DNA of 64,000 bases, from positions 4,160,001-4,224,000 of the forward strand of contig OZ271854.1 in the NCBI GenBank assembly GCA_965601925.1, given 5' to 3'. Shown piece after piece: positions 50,693 to 61,206 of this stretch (positions within the stretch are counted from its first letter, which is position 1; each line of letters opens with the position of its first letter). The position numbers and the translations under genes are program-made. The DNA comes from Alkalispirochaeta sp. (GTDB lineage: Bacteria; Spirochaetota; Spirochaetia; DSM-27196; Alkalispirochaetaceae). The notes under the pieces were generated by a model. It was not told where the DNA came from and ran no database searches. It was given only the letters and a program-made list of their open reading frames with translations.

Positions 50693-51678
50693 ACGATGTT
50701 CCTCCACCGTACACTTTGTACTAACACCATTGCGACGAGCGCACCCAAAGAAAGTAGCACGAACATGTGATACCGATCGACGGCAACCTGTTCGAACAGA
50801 ACATCTCGTCCCGTTCCGGCGACCTCGCGCAAATCGTCGGCGATCGTCTGAGCGATTCCGCTGTCGCTCACATCGTACAAGCGCCCTCCCGAGGCGTCGA
50901 CCAGACGTTGCATCGTCGCTTCGTCGGAGCGCGCCAACACCGGCTCTCCGGTCTGATCGCGGAGAACATCGCCGTCCCGCGTAGGAATGGTCGCGCCGTC
51001 CCGACTACCGGTTACCACGGCGAATATCGGTACACGCGCCTCCCGCAGCCCATCGAGCTCGCGCTCGACCGCCCCCTGAAGCTCGTCGCCGTCGCTCAGC
51101 AGGAGAATCGCGCGGTGCCGCGGCGTCCCCGGGGGAAATGCGGAGAGGGCGACGGTAACGCCGCTCTCGATACTCGTGCCGCCGCTCGTGATAAGGTTCC
51201 CTGACAAATGGCCGACGGCCAGTTCGAAGGCGACCGGATCCTCGGTCATGGGAACGACCACCGACGCCGCCCCTTTGAAGGCGACGATCGCTTTGTGCGC
51301 CTCCGGAAGACGGTCCGCCACCGCGCGTGCGATCTCGCGGCTTCGTCCCAGCCGTGAGGGAAACACGTCCTGAGCGCTCATGCTGTTTGAGACGTCGACC
51401 AGAAAGACCAAGTCCAGCCCGCGCCGCTCGTCCTCGACCGAAACCTCGCCCCAACGGGGTCCCGAAAAGGCGATGATGAGACTGCCGACCGACGCGGTGA
51501 AAAGCACCGCCGTAACGAAGTTTTTGATAAGTAGCACGTTGAGCACGACCGTCTTGCGGCGCGCTCCTAAAAAGAGCTCTATCGTTCGGCGACTGCGCAT
51601 ATTCGCGAGAAGTAGAAGTACCCCCACGAGCGGTAGGCCCAAAAGCCACCATAGGTATTGAGGGAACAAAAAGCTCAC
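50689..51678 (-). CDS. BatB-like VWA protein
   Basis: MIDAS DVSNS, P.WG, PSRL, LSDG. Confidence 0.88.
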   Translation of the reverse strand: MSFLFPQYLWWLLGLPLVGVLLLLANMRSRRTIELFLGARRKTVVLNVLLIKNFVTAVLFTASVGSLIIAFSGPRWGEVSVEDERRGLDLVFLVDVSNSMSAQDVFPSRLGRSREIARAVADRLPEAHKAIVAFKGAASVVVPMTEDPVAFELAVGHLSGNLITSGGTSIESGVTVALSAFPPGTPRHRAILLLSDGDELQGAVERELDGLREARVPIFAVVTGSRDGATIPTRDGDVLRDQTGEPVLARSDEATMQRLVDASGGRLYDVSDSGIAQTIADDLREVAGTGRDVLFEQVAVDRYHMFVLLSLGALVAMVLVQSVRWRNIV

Positions 51679-52676
51679 GGCGCACTTCCCACGACAAGGC
51701 GTCTCAAGAGCACCTCGCAGACGAGCAGGATCGCCGCGATCAAGAGAAATATCCGGTGCTGTGGACGCCGCTGCACTCGCACCTGGACACGTCGCTCGGT
51801 ACTTTCCGCCCTACCGATGGCGTCGAAAACGGTCTGGAGCGTTCCGGCGCTTCCGACGGTGAAGTAGCTTCCCCCCGACAACTCGGCGATACTGCGAAGC
51901 GTCTCCTCATCGTAGCTGTCGCGAACGGTACCGCGGTACAACTGGTCCGTAGTCGGATCGCGGACCTCGATGCGCGCCTCCTGTCCCGAGCCGACACCGA
52001 TCGCGTAGATACGAATGGCCGACTGTCCCGCGACCTCGGCTGCCGACTCGGGCGAGATTTCGCCGGCGTTGTTGACTCCGTCGGTGAGTAAGACGATCAC
52101 CCGCTCCTGGGCGCTACTGCCTCGCAGGTGCAACGCAGCCAGGGCAAGACCCATACCGATGGACGTGCCGTCACCCAACTCCATGAGTTGCATGGCGTCG
52201 AGAGAGCCGAGAAGATGGTCGTAGTTAAGCGTCGGCGGAACCCGCAACACAGCCTCGGCACTGAACCCGACAAGCCCGATATGATCATTCGGTCGCTCCT
52301 CTACAAATCGTCGTATGACCGTCCGAGCACTTTCGAAGCGATTCACGGGGCGAAAATCCTGCGCCCCCATACTTGCGGATTGGTCCAGCACCAACATGAT
52401 GTCGATACCGCGAGTCAGATACACCCGTTCACGCGTCGTTTGGGTCGGCCCCGCGAGAGCTATGATCATGAGAATCCATGCGATCCAAAACAGGAGCGCA
52501 CAAAAACGCAGAAGCAGGCCGCGCACGCTGATCGGCGCGGCAAACCCTTCGCCGGCATATATCGAGAAGGGAACCCCGATACGACCTCCCCGAGTCGGCC
52601 GAACGTGGCGAAGATACATCATGATCGGCAAGAGCCCCAGCAGCAAGAGGAAGCCGGGGCGATCAAGCACCCACAC
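51675..52676 (-). CDS. BatA-like VWA protein
   Basis: MIDAS DQSAS, GDGTSIG, LTDGVNNAGEISP. Confidence 0.88.
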   Translation of the reverse strand: MWVLDRPGFLLLLGLLPIMMYLRHVRPTRGGRIGVPFSIYAGEGFAAPISVRGLLLRFCALLFWIAWILMIIALAGPTQTTRERVYLTRGIDIMLVLDQSASMGAQDFRPVNRFESARTVIRRFVEERPNDHIGLVGFSAEAVLRVPPTLNYDHLLGSLDAMQLMELGDGTSIGMGLALAALHLRGSSAQERVIVLLTDGVNNAGEISPESAAEVAGQSAIRIYAIGVGSGQEARIEVRDPTTDQLYRGTVRDSYDEETLRSIAELSGGSYFTVGSAGTLQTVFDAIGRAESTERRVQVRVQRRPQHRIFLLIAAILLVCEVLLRRLVVGSAP

Positions 52677-53589
52677 GTTGATCCTCCTTACGCCGCTTGT
52701 GGAGCGTCTGTGAGATTTCTTTTATGTCCGAGAGATGGCGTGTGCGATCATCGACGCTCACGCGCTTGTTGGCAAATTTCACCAAGTCACCGAACCGAAA
52801 CAACTCGATGAGGCGCTCTTTCTCCGCGACGGGGATGCCCGTTCGACTCAGCACGAAGTCGAGCTCGCCGGTTGTCGCCGATTCGATACCGGGGGCCAGA
52901 CGTCCACCGAGGTACGATCGCGTTATGTCCAGCAGACGTATGTAGTAGCGCTTCCCGTCCAACTCGTGCATCTCTACCTGAAGGGATCGCAACCCCTTCT
53001 GGAGTGTACGGTAGGGTCTACTCTCGCGATACCGACGGCGAATCGCAACAAACCATCGACGACTCCACTCCCCGGCGACGAGTACCATCACGGGGATCGC
53101 CAACGCCGCCAGAACGATCAGCGCCGTGAGAAGCTGCGTACCCGGCAGGAGTATCTGGTTGCGAATCGGCTCCAGCTCGAGCTCGCCGTCTTGCCGAAGC
53201 GAACTCACGACGGCGCTTAACGTATCGACGGTGAACCCATCGAGATCGATCGTCGGCAGCTGGCGCGTTCCGACGAAAAAAGGTTGAAACACAACGCGAA
53301 TTTCATATCCACCGGTCCGCGGCGTGACTTGTACCGACCGAAAGTCGACCCACTCGGTATCGGGGAGCTCGGAGGGAATTCGAAAGACGATCTCTTCGGT
53401 AGCGCGCACGACGATCCGCGCCTCGACGATGTCGCCCACATAATACGTTTGAGGGAGAAAGAGCACCTGGGATACCGTCTGAGCCGAAACGGTCGAGCAC
53501 AGGGCGCCGAGCACCACAAAGAAGACGGAGAGACGAGGCGTGCCGGCACCACATCGGGACGCCCCGTGCGCCGAAACGACACAGTTCAC
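52663..53589 (-). CDS. Hypothetical membrane-anchored protein of the Bat operon
   Basis: Lies between DUF58 and BatA; C-terminal DLVKFA motif. Confidence 0.72.
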   Translation of the reverse strand: MNCVVSAHGASRCGAGTPRLSVFFVVLGALCSTVSAQTVSQVLFLPQTYYVGDIVEARIVVRATEEIVFRIPSELPDTEWVDFRSVQVTPRTGGYEIRVVFQPFFVGTRQLPTIDLDGFTVDTLSAVVSSLRQDGELELEPIRNQILLPGTQLLTALIVLAALAIPVMVLVAGEWSRRWFVAIRRRYRESRPYRTLQKGLRSLQVEMHELDGKRYYIRLLDITRSYLGGRLAPGIESATTGELDFVLSRTGIPVAEKERLIELFRFGDLVKFANKRVSVDDRTRHLSDIKEISQTLHKRRKEDQRVGA

Positions 53590-54482
53590 CGTCGACTCCT
53601 CCGTCGAAAGAAGACGATCAACCGTTCGGCGACTTGATCGACGGTACGAATTTCCAACGCCGAGATACCGAAACGGCGACACTCTCGGAGCCATTGGCGT
53701 CGCTGCTGTTCCCAGAACTGTTCGAAGGCGAAGCGAAATCGGCGCGATCGACCGTTCAAAAAGAGCGAACGTCCCGTTTCGGGGTCGGTAGCGTGGAGCA
53801 CCGGAAAATGTGGAAGCTCATCATGAATCGGGTCGGCGATGCGGATGGCGATGACGTCGTGCCGCTTGGCAACTAAGGCGAGTTCTCGTTGATAGTCGCC
53901 GGTTTGAAAGTCCGATATCACCACCACGACACCGCGTCGTTTGAGCGACTCGCTCACCGTTCGCAGCGCGAGAGCGAGGTCGCTGCCGCTACCGGACTTC
54001 CGCGTTGCCACGATCTCCTGCAACAGGCGCATCGCATGGGCGCGTCCCTTTGCCGGCGGCACCCATCCTTCGATCCGATCGGTGAACAGAGCGCCCCCGA
54101 CTTTGTCATTATTCTGTACCGCCGCGAGGGTCAAAAGCGCCGATGCAATGAGGGCAACCTCTTTCATGGATCGCTCCCCGGAGCCGAACTCCAATGAGGC
54201 CGAGAGATCGACGACCAGAAAGAGGGTCATCTCCCGCTCTTCCCGGAAGGTCTTCGTGTAGACCGATCCGAATCGCGAACTGACATTCCAATCGATGAGT
54301 CGCGTATCGTCACCCTCGACATACTCCCGCACCTCGTCAAACTCGATACCCGGCCCCTTGAATACCGAACGATAGTTCCCCGCGAAAAGACTATCGACCA
54401 AACGCTCGGCAATAACCTGGAGTTGTCTCAAGCGTCCCGGCGACGGGAGCTCTTTGAGAGGGTCGGACGGGTGATGCGCCAT
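53586..54482 (-). CDS. DUF58 protein
   Basis: G.Y.S.FKG.G.EF.EVREY..GDD.R.IDWNV, EERE, ISDF. Confidence 0.92.
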   Translation of the reverse strand: MAHHPSDPLKELPSPGRLRQLQVIAERLVDSLFAGNYRSVFKGPGIEFDEVREYVEGDDTRLIDWNVSSRFGSVYTKTFREEREMTLFLVVDLSASLEFGSGERSMKEVALIASALLTLAAVQNNDKVGGALFTDRIEGWVPPAKGRAHAMRLLQEIVATRKSGSGSDLALALRTVSESLKRRGVVVVISDFQTGDYQRELALVAKRHDVIAIRIADPIHDELPHFPVLHATDPETGRSLFLNGRSRRFRFAFEQFWEQQRRQWLRECRRFGISALEIRTVDQVAERLIVFFRRRSRR

Positions 54483-54486
54483 CGAA

Positions 54487-55482
54487 TTACGGAACCGGGA
54501 CGGTAGACAAGAACATATCTACGACGTCGTCGCTGGAGAGTTCCTCGCTATCGGCCTCGTAGGAGAGGACGACGCGGTGGCGCAACACGTCGAGGGCGAC
54601 GGCCTTCACATCTTCCGGTATCACGTAGGTTCGCCCATCGAAGACCGCACGCACCTTGGCGCAACGGTACAGATAGATGCTGGCCCTCGGCGAGGCGCCG
54701 AACTCGATGTACCGCAACGGCCCCATGCGTCCGTTGTCTCGGTCGCCGCGCGTTGAGGTCACGATACGCACCATATAGTCGGCGATCCGATCGTCAACGG
54801 TTACCTGGGAGACGATCTCTCGAAGTTTCTTGATGTCGGTCTTGAAGATTGTGCGCTGCAACTCGATCGTCGTCGGAACGCCCACCCGGCGCAGAATCTC
54901 GTGCTCTTCCTCGACGGTGGGATAGTCGACGAACAGTTTCAACATGAATCGATCGAGCTGCGCTTCGGGCAACGGATAGGTACCTTCCTGCTCTATCGGG
55001 TTCTGTGTCGCCAATACGAAAAACGGATCGGGGAGCGAATAGGTGGTATCTCCGATCGTCACCTGGCGCTCCTCCATCGCCTCCAGAAGGGCGCTCTGTA
55101 CCTTTGCGGGGGCGCGATTAATCTCGTCGGCGAGAATGATGTTGGCGAAAACCGGCCCTTTACGAGGTACAAACTCCCCGGTTTGCTGGCGATAGACCAT
55201 CGTGCCGACGAGGTCGGCGGGCAGCAAATCGGGGGTGAACTGGATACGATGAAAGACGGCGTCCAAAACCTCGGACAGGGATTTCACGGTAAGCGTCTTG
55301 GCGAGACCCGGCACGCCTTCGAGCAACACGTGACCGCCCACGAGGATGCCCGTTAAGAGACCGTCGACCATTTCGGCTTGCCCCACGATCCGCCTACTCA
55401 ACTCTTGTCGTACTTTCTCGATCATATGTTGGGCACGCGTAATCTGCACCTCGAGCGCGCCGTTTTGTTCAGTTCGTTGCAT
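54487..55482 (-). CDS. moxR: MoxR family AAA+ ATPase
   Basis: EGVPGLAKT, RIQFTPDLLP, DEINRAPAKVQSALLE, ATQNPIEQEGTYPLPEAQLDRF. Confidence 0.95.
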   Translation of the reverse strand: MQRTEQNGALEVQITRAQHMIEKVRQELSRRIVGQAEMVDGLLTGILVGGHVLLEGVPGLAKTLTVKSLSEVLDAVFHRIQFTPDLLPADLVGTMVYRQQTGEFVPRKGPVFANIILADEINRAPAKVQSALLEAMEERQVTIGDTTYSLPDPFFVLATQNPIEQEGTYPLPEAQLDRFMLKLFVDYPTVEEEHEILRRVGVPTTIELQRTIFKTDIKKLREIVSQVTVDDRIADYMVRIVTSTRGDRDNGRMGPLRYIEFGASPRASIYLYRCAKVRAVFDGRTYVIPEDVKAVALDVLRHRVVLSYEADSEELSSDDVVDMFLSTVPVP

Positions 55483-55504
55483 GAGGGTCCCTCCCATTGA
55501 GCCC

Positions 55505-56800
55505 TTAGGTGCGGTAATCCGCGTTCTCCTTGACATACTCGTAGCTCAGATCGCTCCCGATTGCGACTACCTCGCCGCTATCCGGCGCACCGGGCGCGGA
55601 AAAATCGATGACGATCGACACCGACTCCCGATGCTGCGGATACCCCCGTGTCGCTGGACCCATAGCGCAGGCGCGTAACCGCGCGGCGAGGTTCCGTTCT
55701 ACCCCTTCATCGAGTCGAAAGGCGCCGTCGGAGAAGACCTCCGTGTCGGCGATGGAGATCCGTAAATGCCGTATATCTACCCGTCGATCGTCGTCCCAAA
55801 GATCCAGGGCATCTCCGACCGCAGCCAGAATACGCCCGACGTTGGGGTCGTTGCCGAATATGGCGGTCTTTACCAATGGGGCGTCGACGACATGTTTGGC
55901 GATCTTGAGAGCTCGATCGCGCTCCTCGACTCCTCGGACGGTGGCCTCGATGACGTGAGAGGTCCCCTCGCCGTTACGCACGATATCACGCGCGAGCTCA
56001 TCGCACACAGGCCAGAGGAGATCCTCGAGTTCGGCCTCGCTTACGGCAATATCGGACGCGCCGTTCGCCGAGAGCAGTACCATGTCGCTCGTACTCTGGT
56101 CGCCGTCTACGGAAATCGTGTTGAATGTACCGTCCACGACACGACGGAACACCGTGTCGAGCATCGCCCCTTCAACGCGCCCGTCGAACATTACGAAACC
56201 CAACATGGTCGCCAAATGGGGTTCGATCATGCCGGCGCCCTTGGCGACACCAAGCAAGGTCGCCCCCTTCCGGCTTCGCCGCCACGCCGCCTTCGGATAC
56301 CGATCGGTCGTCATGATCGCCTCGGCAAACTCGACCGGGCCGACCTCGCTTTCTGCGAGACGCGATACTCCCTCGCGAATCGACGCCACCGGTAACCGCC
56401 AGCCGATGACGCCTGTACTGATCGACAAAGCGTGCTCCTCGGGTATATCGAAAAGGCGCGAACTCTCTCGAGCCAACAGACGCGCATCGTCAAGGCCGCC
56501 CGGTGCGGCGACGTTGGCGACCCTATTGTTCACGAGGATGGAGCGGATCGTTCCACCGGGAAGCCGCTCCCGGGCGAGCTCAACCGGTGCGCCACAGAAG
56601 CGATTGCGTGTGGCGACGCCTACGGTGCGAGTATACTCGGGCTCACTTACGGCGAGGGATACGTTCATGCGCGATCGATCGCGACTCGTCCGCTCTACAG
56701 GCACGAACTCGATCGATGTAGCAAAAAATCGAAAACCCTTCGGCGACGGCGCTTCCCGTTGTAGAAAAATCCGGTACTCCTCGGCGTTGCGGAACGTCAC
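55505..56800 (-). CDS. argJ: Ornithine acetyltransferase
   Basis: STGVIG, IMTTD, KGAGMIEPHLATML, DGDQSTSD, PLVKTA.FG.DPN.GR, NADYRT. Confidence 0.92.
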   Translation of the reverse strand: MTFRNAEEYRIFLQREAPSPKGFRFFATSIEFVPVERTSRDRSRMNVSLAVSEPEYTRTVGVATRNRFCGAPVELARERLPGGTIRSILVNNRVANVAAPGGLDDARLLARESSRLFDIPEEHALSISTGVIGWRLPVASIREGVSRLAESEVGPVEFAEAIMTTDRYPKAAWRRSRKGATLLGVAKGAGMIEPHLATMLGFVMFDGRVEGAMLDTVFRRVVDGTFNTISVDGDQSTSDMVLLSANGASDIAVSEAELEDLLWPVCDELARDIVRNGEGTSHVIEATVRGVEERDRALKIAKHVVDAPLVKTAIFGNDPNVGRILAAVGDALDLWDDDRRVDIRHLRISIADTEVFSDGAFRLDEGVERNLAARLRACAMGPATRGYPQHRESVSIVIDFSAPGAPDSGEVVAIGSDLSYEYVKENADYRT

Positions 56801-56864
56801 GGCAGAACTGTACCGACGCTCCCGCGCTTGTGCAAGAGAGCGGGCGAACGCTACCCTTGAAATT

Positions 56865-57596
56865 GTGAAACCTCTGGATGCAATGCTTTCCCTCACCGAC
56901 GAATACGGTCCCGCGTTTGATACACTTGTATTCGCGGCGCCGGTCGCGTACGTGTACAACCCCCTCGCCTACGCCCGCCGGGCGTGGAAGCGATACATCG
57001 AGCGTTACGGTAATACTGGAAAGCGGACTCTCTTTTTGGGCATGAACCCCGGGCCGTGGGGGATGTCGCAGACCGGTATTCCCTTCGGTGAAATCGAGGC
57101 CGTACGGGGTTGGATGGGCATTGAGGAACCGATAGATCGTCCGGCCGACGAGCACCCCAAGCGGCCGATTCAGGGCTTCGCGTGCCGCCGCAGCGAGGTA
57201 AGCGGACGACGCCTGTGGGGGCTGTTCGCCGAGGAGTTCGAAACTCCCGAACGTTTCTTTCGGGACCACTTGGTCATAAACTACTGTCCCCTTGCCTTCA
57301 TGGCCGAGTCCGGACGCAATATCACACCGGACAAACTACCGGCGTCGGAACGAGCGCCCCTCTTTTCTCTATGCGATGCAATGCTCGCCGAAACCATTCG
57401 AGCGTACCGCCCCCGCTACCTCGTCGGCGTCGGGCAATTTGCCCGCCGCCGATTCGAAGCTGTCGCGGGCGCGGACGCGTCGGTAACGATAGCGCACGTA
57501 CTGCACCCCAGTCCGGCTTCCCCGGCGGCCAACAGCGGCTGGGCCGAGCGTGCGCGTCGGGAGCTCCGCTCCCGGGGAGTATGGGCCGAACGGTAG
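56865..57596 (+). CDS. SMUG1-type uracil-DNA glycosylase
   Basis: YNPL.YA, GMNPGPWGM.QTG.PFG, SEVSG.R, HPSP. Confidence 0.9.
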   Translation: MKPLDAMLSLTDEYGPAFDTLVFAAPVAYVYNPLAYARRAWKRYIERYGNTGKRTLFLGMNPGPWGMSQTGIPFGEIEAVRGWMGIEEPIDRPADEHPKRPIQGFACRRSEVSGRRLWGLFAEEFETPERFFRDHLVINYCPLAFMAESGRNITPDKLPASERAPLFSLCDAMLAETIRAYRPRYLVGVGQFARRRFEAVAGADASVTIAHVLHPSPASPAANSGWAERARRELRSRGVWAER

Positions 57597-57603
57597 CGCT
57601 CCA

Positions 57604-58728
57604 CTACTCGGTCTCACCGCGCATCCCCAGTTGCAGCACCACCGGTAGATGGTCGGAGACACCACCGTCCTCCCAACTCAACGGACGTCCCGACGAGTCG
57701 ACGAGTAGATCCGACATCGCTGCGGTAAACTCAATAAAATAGAGCCAATCGCCGTCGACGGCCGCCCGATTGGCGAATACGTGGTCTATCCGCTCCCAGC
57801 GATCGCCGTACCAGTACGACCCCTCGGCGGCCGAAGCGGCCCACGGGTCGTACAAAACGACCGTCTCCAGCCGTTGCTCCCGCTCCGAGAGACGCGCCGC
57901 GTCGGTCTCAAGGACGAGACACCGGAGTATACGATCGGCGGCGGGCATATGGCGCTCCGGCTCAAACCACTCGGGTGCCGTCGTCGGCTCCGATATCCAT
58001 TCCACAAGGTGCTCCGCGTGCAGTAGTGCCGTCGGGTACGCGTGATCAAGATACTCGGTCTCTCGCGGCCGTACGTTAAGATCGCCGGCGATGAGAATCG
58101 GGAGCCCCGGTTCTCTCGAGGCGATCTCATCAAGGCGTGTCTGCAGGAGTGCGGCGGCGGCGCGACGGAGCGATTCGGTCGCCGCTGCGCCGCCCCGTTT
58201 ACTCTTCCAGTGGTTGGCAAAGACGACCAAATCGGTATGGGTAAGGCGGACTCGCGCTTCAAGGATCGGACGCAGAGGCGGATACTCCCCGGAACGGGGT
58301 AGAAGAGAACGCACCTCCCGAATCGGAAAACGCGAGGCTATTGCGACCCCGGTGGCGTTCAGCGGCCCAGAACCGAAGGCGCGATACGGCAGAGAGAAGT
58401 CGGGTACGTGTTCGTCGAGAAGGCGATGCAGGAGTTCGTCGTTCTCGATCTCCGAAACGACGAGGACGTCGGGCTGCGGTTTGAGATCGCGCAACGCGGC
58501 ACCGAGTGCATACAGCCGATCATCGACGTCGTGATCGTCCCATCCCGACTCGGGAAGGAACTCTGTGTACTCGGTCCCTTGGACGGTCGCATCGAAGAGG
58601 TTCTCGACGTTGTACGCCACCACCGTAAGGCGTCCGTCGTCCGGAATAAATACGGTACATGCGCCGAGGCACAAGCACGCCGATACGGCCCACAACAACC
58701 ATCGCGGAAACGAAATGTGTGAGTTCAC
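57604..58728 (-). CDS. Endonuclease/exonuclease/phosphatase family lipoprotein
   Basis: LGAC lipobox, YNVENLFD, NHWKSK, GDLN, SDHLPV. Confidence 0.88.
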   Translation of the reverse strand: MNSHISFPRWLLWAVSACLCLGACTVFIPDDGRLTVVAYNVENLFDATVQGTEYTEFLPESGWDDHDVDDRLYALGAALRDLKPQPDVLVVSEIENDELLHRLLDEHVPDFSLPYRAFGSGPLNATGVAIASRFPIREVRSLLPRSGEYPPLRPILEARVRLTHTDLVVFANHWKSKRGGAAATESLRRAAAALLQTRLDEIASREPGLPILIAGDLNVRPRETEYLDHAYPTALLHAEHLVEWISEPTTAPEWFEPERHMPAADRILRCLVLETDAARLSEREQRLETVVLYDPWAASAAEGSYWYGDRWERIDHVFANRAAVDGDWLYFIEFTAAMSDLLVDSSGRPLSWEDGGVSDHLPVVLQLGMRGETE

Positions 58729-58817
58729 AATGGAGTATTACGGTGAAAGGGGCGACGGCGCCTTTTCAAGGAGAGACGAGACGCCCGACGTCGCCGAGCG
58801 TCCCGCACACCGATCGT

Positions 58818-59420
58818 CTACATGTCCGATCGGTGTGTGACGATTCTGGCAATGAGGCCGTAGTCGACCGCCTCGCTTGCGCTCATCCAGTAGTCGCGAT
58901 CAGTGTCCCGCTCCACTTGGTCCAGCGGTTTGCCGGTCTCTTCGGCGATGAGGGTATTGATACGAGTGCGCATCTTCTCTATCTCCCGGGCGTGGATCTC
59001 AATCTCCGTCGCCACCCCTCTGATACCGGACAACGGCTGGTGAATGAGATAGTGGGAGTTGGGAAAGGCGAGTCGACGATCCTTCTCGCCGGCGAGGAGA
59101 ATAAGCGCACCGGCGCTCGCCACCAATCCTATTCCGACGGTAAACACGTCGGGCTTCACGAAGCGAATCGTGTCGAAGATAGCAAAACCTGCATCGGCAT
59201 CTCCACCGGGGGAGTCGATGAATACGCGAATCGGTTCGTCGCTCTCCTGCTCTAGAATGAGCAACTGTCGAACCACCCGCTCGGCAAGTTCCTTATTGAT
59301 CTCTCCCGATATGAGAACCGTCCTCGTTTTGAGCATCTTGTCGAGAAACGGAGGCTGCTCATTCTTTTTTTCTTCTTCCTGTTCCTCTTCGTCCTGATAC
59401 CGTGTGTTGTATGTATGCAT
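58818..59420 (-). CDS. clpP: ATP-dependent Clp protease proteolytic subunit
   Basis: DSPGG, ASAG (Ser), IHQP (His), DRDYW (Asp). Confidence 0.94.
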   Translation of the reverse strand: MHTYNTRYQDEEEQEEEKKNEQPPFLDKMLKTRTVLISGEINKELAERVVRQLLILEQESDEPIRVFIDSPGGDADAGFAIFDTIRFVKPDVFTVGIGLVASAGALILLAGEKDRRLAFPNSHYLIHQPLSGIRGVATEIEIHAREIEKMRTRINTLIAEETGKPLDQVERDTDRDYWMSASEAVDYGLIARIVTHRSDM

Positions 59421-59485
59421 CGTGTTCTCCGTACTGTTAGGGTCGTTGCCTTTGGTGGCAGAATATACTATCAAGTTCATATAAC

Positions 59486-60391
59486 ATGCAAAGCACCGAC
59501 ATCCGCAGCGGGTTTGCGATACTCCTCGGTCGACCGTCGGCCGGAAAATCGAGTCTCATCAACGCGATGTGCGGCAACAAAGTTTCGATCGTCTCTCCGG
59601 TACCGCAAACGACGCGCAACACGATACGCGGCATCTACAACGATAGCCGCGGACAGATCGTCATTCTCGATACGCCGGGAATGCATCTCTCGGAGAAGAA
59701 ACTCAACCTCAGACTACGAGACGTCGTGCTCGAAAACCTGCCAGAGGCGGAGGTCGTCGTCTATGCTATCGACGCGACGCGTTTACCCGGGGAGGAGGAG
59801 CGCGACCTCGTCGAGATCGTTCGGAGCCTGTCGGTTCCGGTGATCGTGGGTATCACGAAGTGCGACGCCCCCGACGCGCGCCCCGCGAAAATTATCGCCT
59901 TTCTCGCCGACGAGAAACTCGCCGACCTCCCGGTGTACGAGCTCGGGGGCCTGGGCCGGGACGCCCGTGAGGCTCCGCGTGGCGTACCCGAACTCCTCGA
60001 GGCGATCTTCGCCGTCCTGCCGATATCGCCGCCGTGGTATCCCGAAGAGTTCTATACCGATCAGGAACCGAGCTTTCGTATCGCCGAGATCGTACGCGAA
60101 CAGGCGATTATACGGACGCGCCAGGAGGTGCCGCACGCGCTGTACGTCGAGGTCGCGGACTTGGAAAAACGGGGCGGCACACTATGGGCACGCACGTTCC
60201 TATACGTCGATCGAACCTCGCAACAGGGAATCCTCGTCGGCAAGGGCGGCGCCACGATTACCGCGATTCGCCGCGATGCGGAGCGGATTCTCGCGGGTAT
60301 CTTTCCCGACCCCGTACGTCTATCGCTCCAGGTGAAGGTGCGCCCCCGATGGCGGCGCGACGATCGTATCCTCAAGCGCCTCATACATTGA
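59486..60391 (+). CDS. era: GTPase Era
   Basis: GRPSAGKS, PQTTR, DTPG, TKCD, KH domain. Confidence 0.95.
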   Translation: MQSTDIRSGFAILLGRPSAGKSSLINAMCGNKVSIVSPVPQTTRNTIRGIYNDSRGQIVILDTPGMHLSEKKLNLRLRDVVLENLPEAEVVVYAIDATRLPGEEERDLVEIVRSLSVPVIVGITKCDAPDARPAKIIAFLADEKLADLPVYELGGLGRDAREAPRGVPELLEAIFAVLPISPPWYPEEFYTDQEPSFRIAEIVREQAIIRTRQEVPHALYVEVADLEKRGGTLWARTFLYVDRTSQQGILVGKGGATITAIRRDAERILAGIFPDPVRLSLQVKVRPRWRRDDRILKRLIH

Positions 60392-60409
60392 CGCGCCGCC
60401 GGCATATCG

Positions 60410-61123
60410 TCAGCCGACGGTAACCTGCTCAACCGTGCCGTCGGAGCGGCCGACCCATATCTCGGCCTCGGCGCGAGAGAAGATGCCGTTTTCCAACACA
60501 CCGGGAATACGGTTTATCTCCGTCTCCAGAGCCGCCGCGTCAAACGCCCTTCCGTCGAAGTGAATATCGAGAATCAGATTTCCGTTGTCGGTGACGACCG
60601 GTCCGGCCTTTTTGGCCGCCATGCGTAGTACGGGCCGCGTCTCCAGTTCGGTAAGGGCGCGAGAAGCGGGAACCAAGGCGCCGGGAATCACCTCAACCGG
60701 CACCGGATAGACCGAGCCGAGTTGCCGCGAGAGTTTGGACTCGTCGACCACAACGTACAGCCGTGCCGCATTGTACTCGGCAAGCTTCTCGAGTGTGAGC
60801 GCGCCGCCGCCGCCCTTGATCAAGAACCCGGTTCGCGTGTCGACCTCGTCGGCACCGTCAATTGCGACGTCGAGCGCTCCGTCGATCTCCGTATCGTTGA
60901 GCGTACGCAGGGGTATCCCCAGACGCTGCGCCTCGATCGCACTCTCGAAGCTCGTCGCCACGGCGATAATGTCGTGTATCTCTCCGGAGACGAGACGCGC
61001 TCCGATTCTCCGTACCGCGTGAATCGCCGTACTCCCGGTTCCGAGCACCACCTTCATACCCGATCTCACCACTCGGTCGCACACGTACTCCGCCACCGCG
61101 CGTTTTACATCCGCTGTGTCCAC
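60410..61123 (-). CDS. rpiA: Ribose-5-phosphate isomerase A
   Basis: LGTGST, DGADEVD, KGGGGAL..EK, TDNGN. Confidence 0.95.
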   Translation of the reverse strand: MDTADVKRAVAEYVCDRVVRSGMKVVLGTGSTAIHAVRRIGARLVSGEIHDIIAVATSFESAIEAQRLGIPLRTLNDTEIDGALDVAIDGADEVDTRTGFLIKGGGGALTLEKLAEYNAARLYVVVDESKLSRQLGSVYPVPVEVIPGALVPASRALTELETRPVLRMAAKKAGPVVTDNGNLILDIHFDGRAFDAAALETEINRIPGVLENGIFSRAEAEIWVGRSDGTVEQVTVG

Positions 61124-61206
61124 GTTTTTCCTTCCTGTTGGTATGAACGTCTTACGATAAAACAAGGGGCGAAAAACATGCCCCGTCTCCTCGCCTCCAT
61201 CTTGCT

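Noticed and set aside
56082..56864. 504-aa version of the SMUG1 ORF
   Set aside because: The upstream part is the antisense shadow of argJ.
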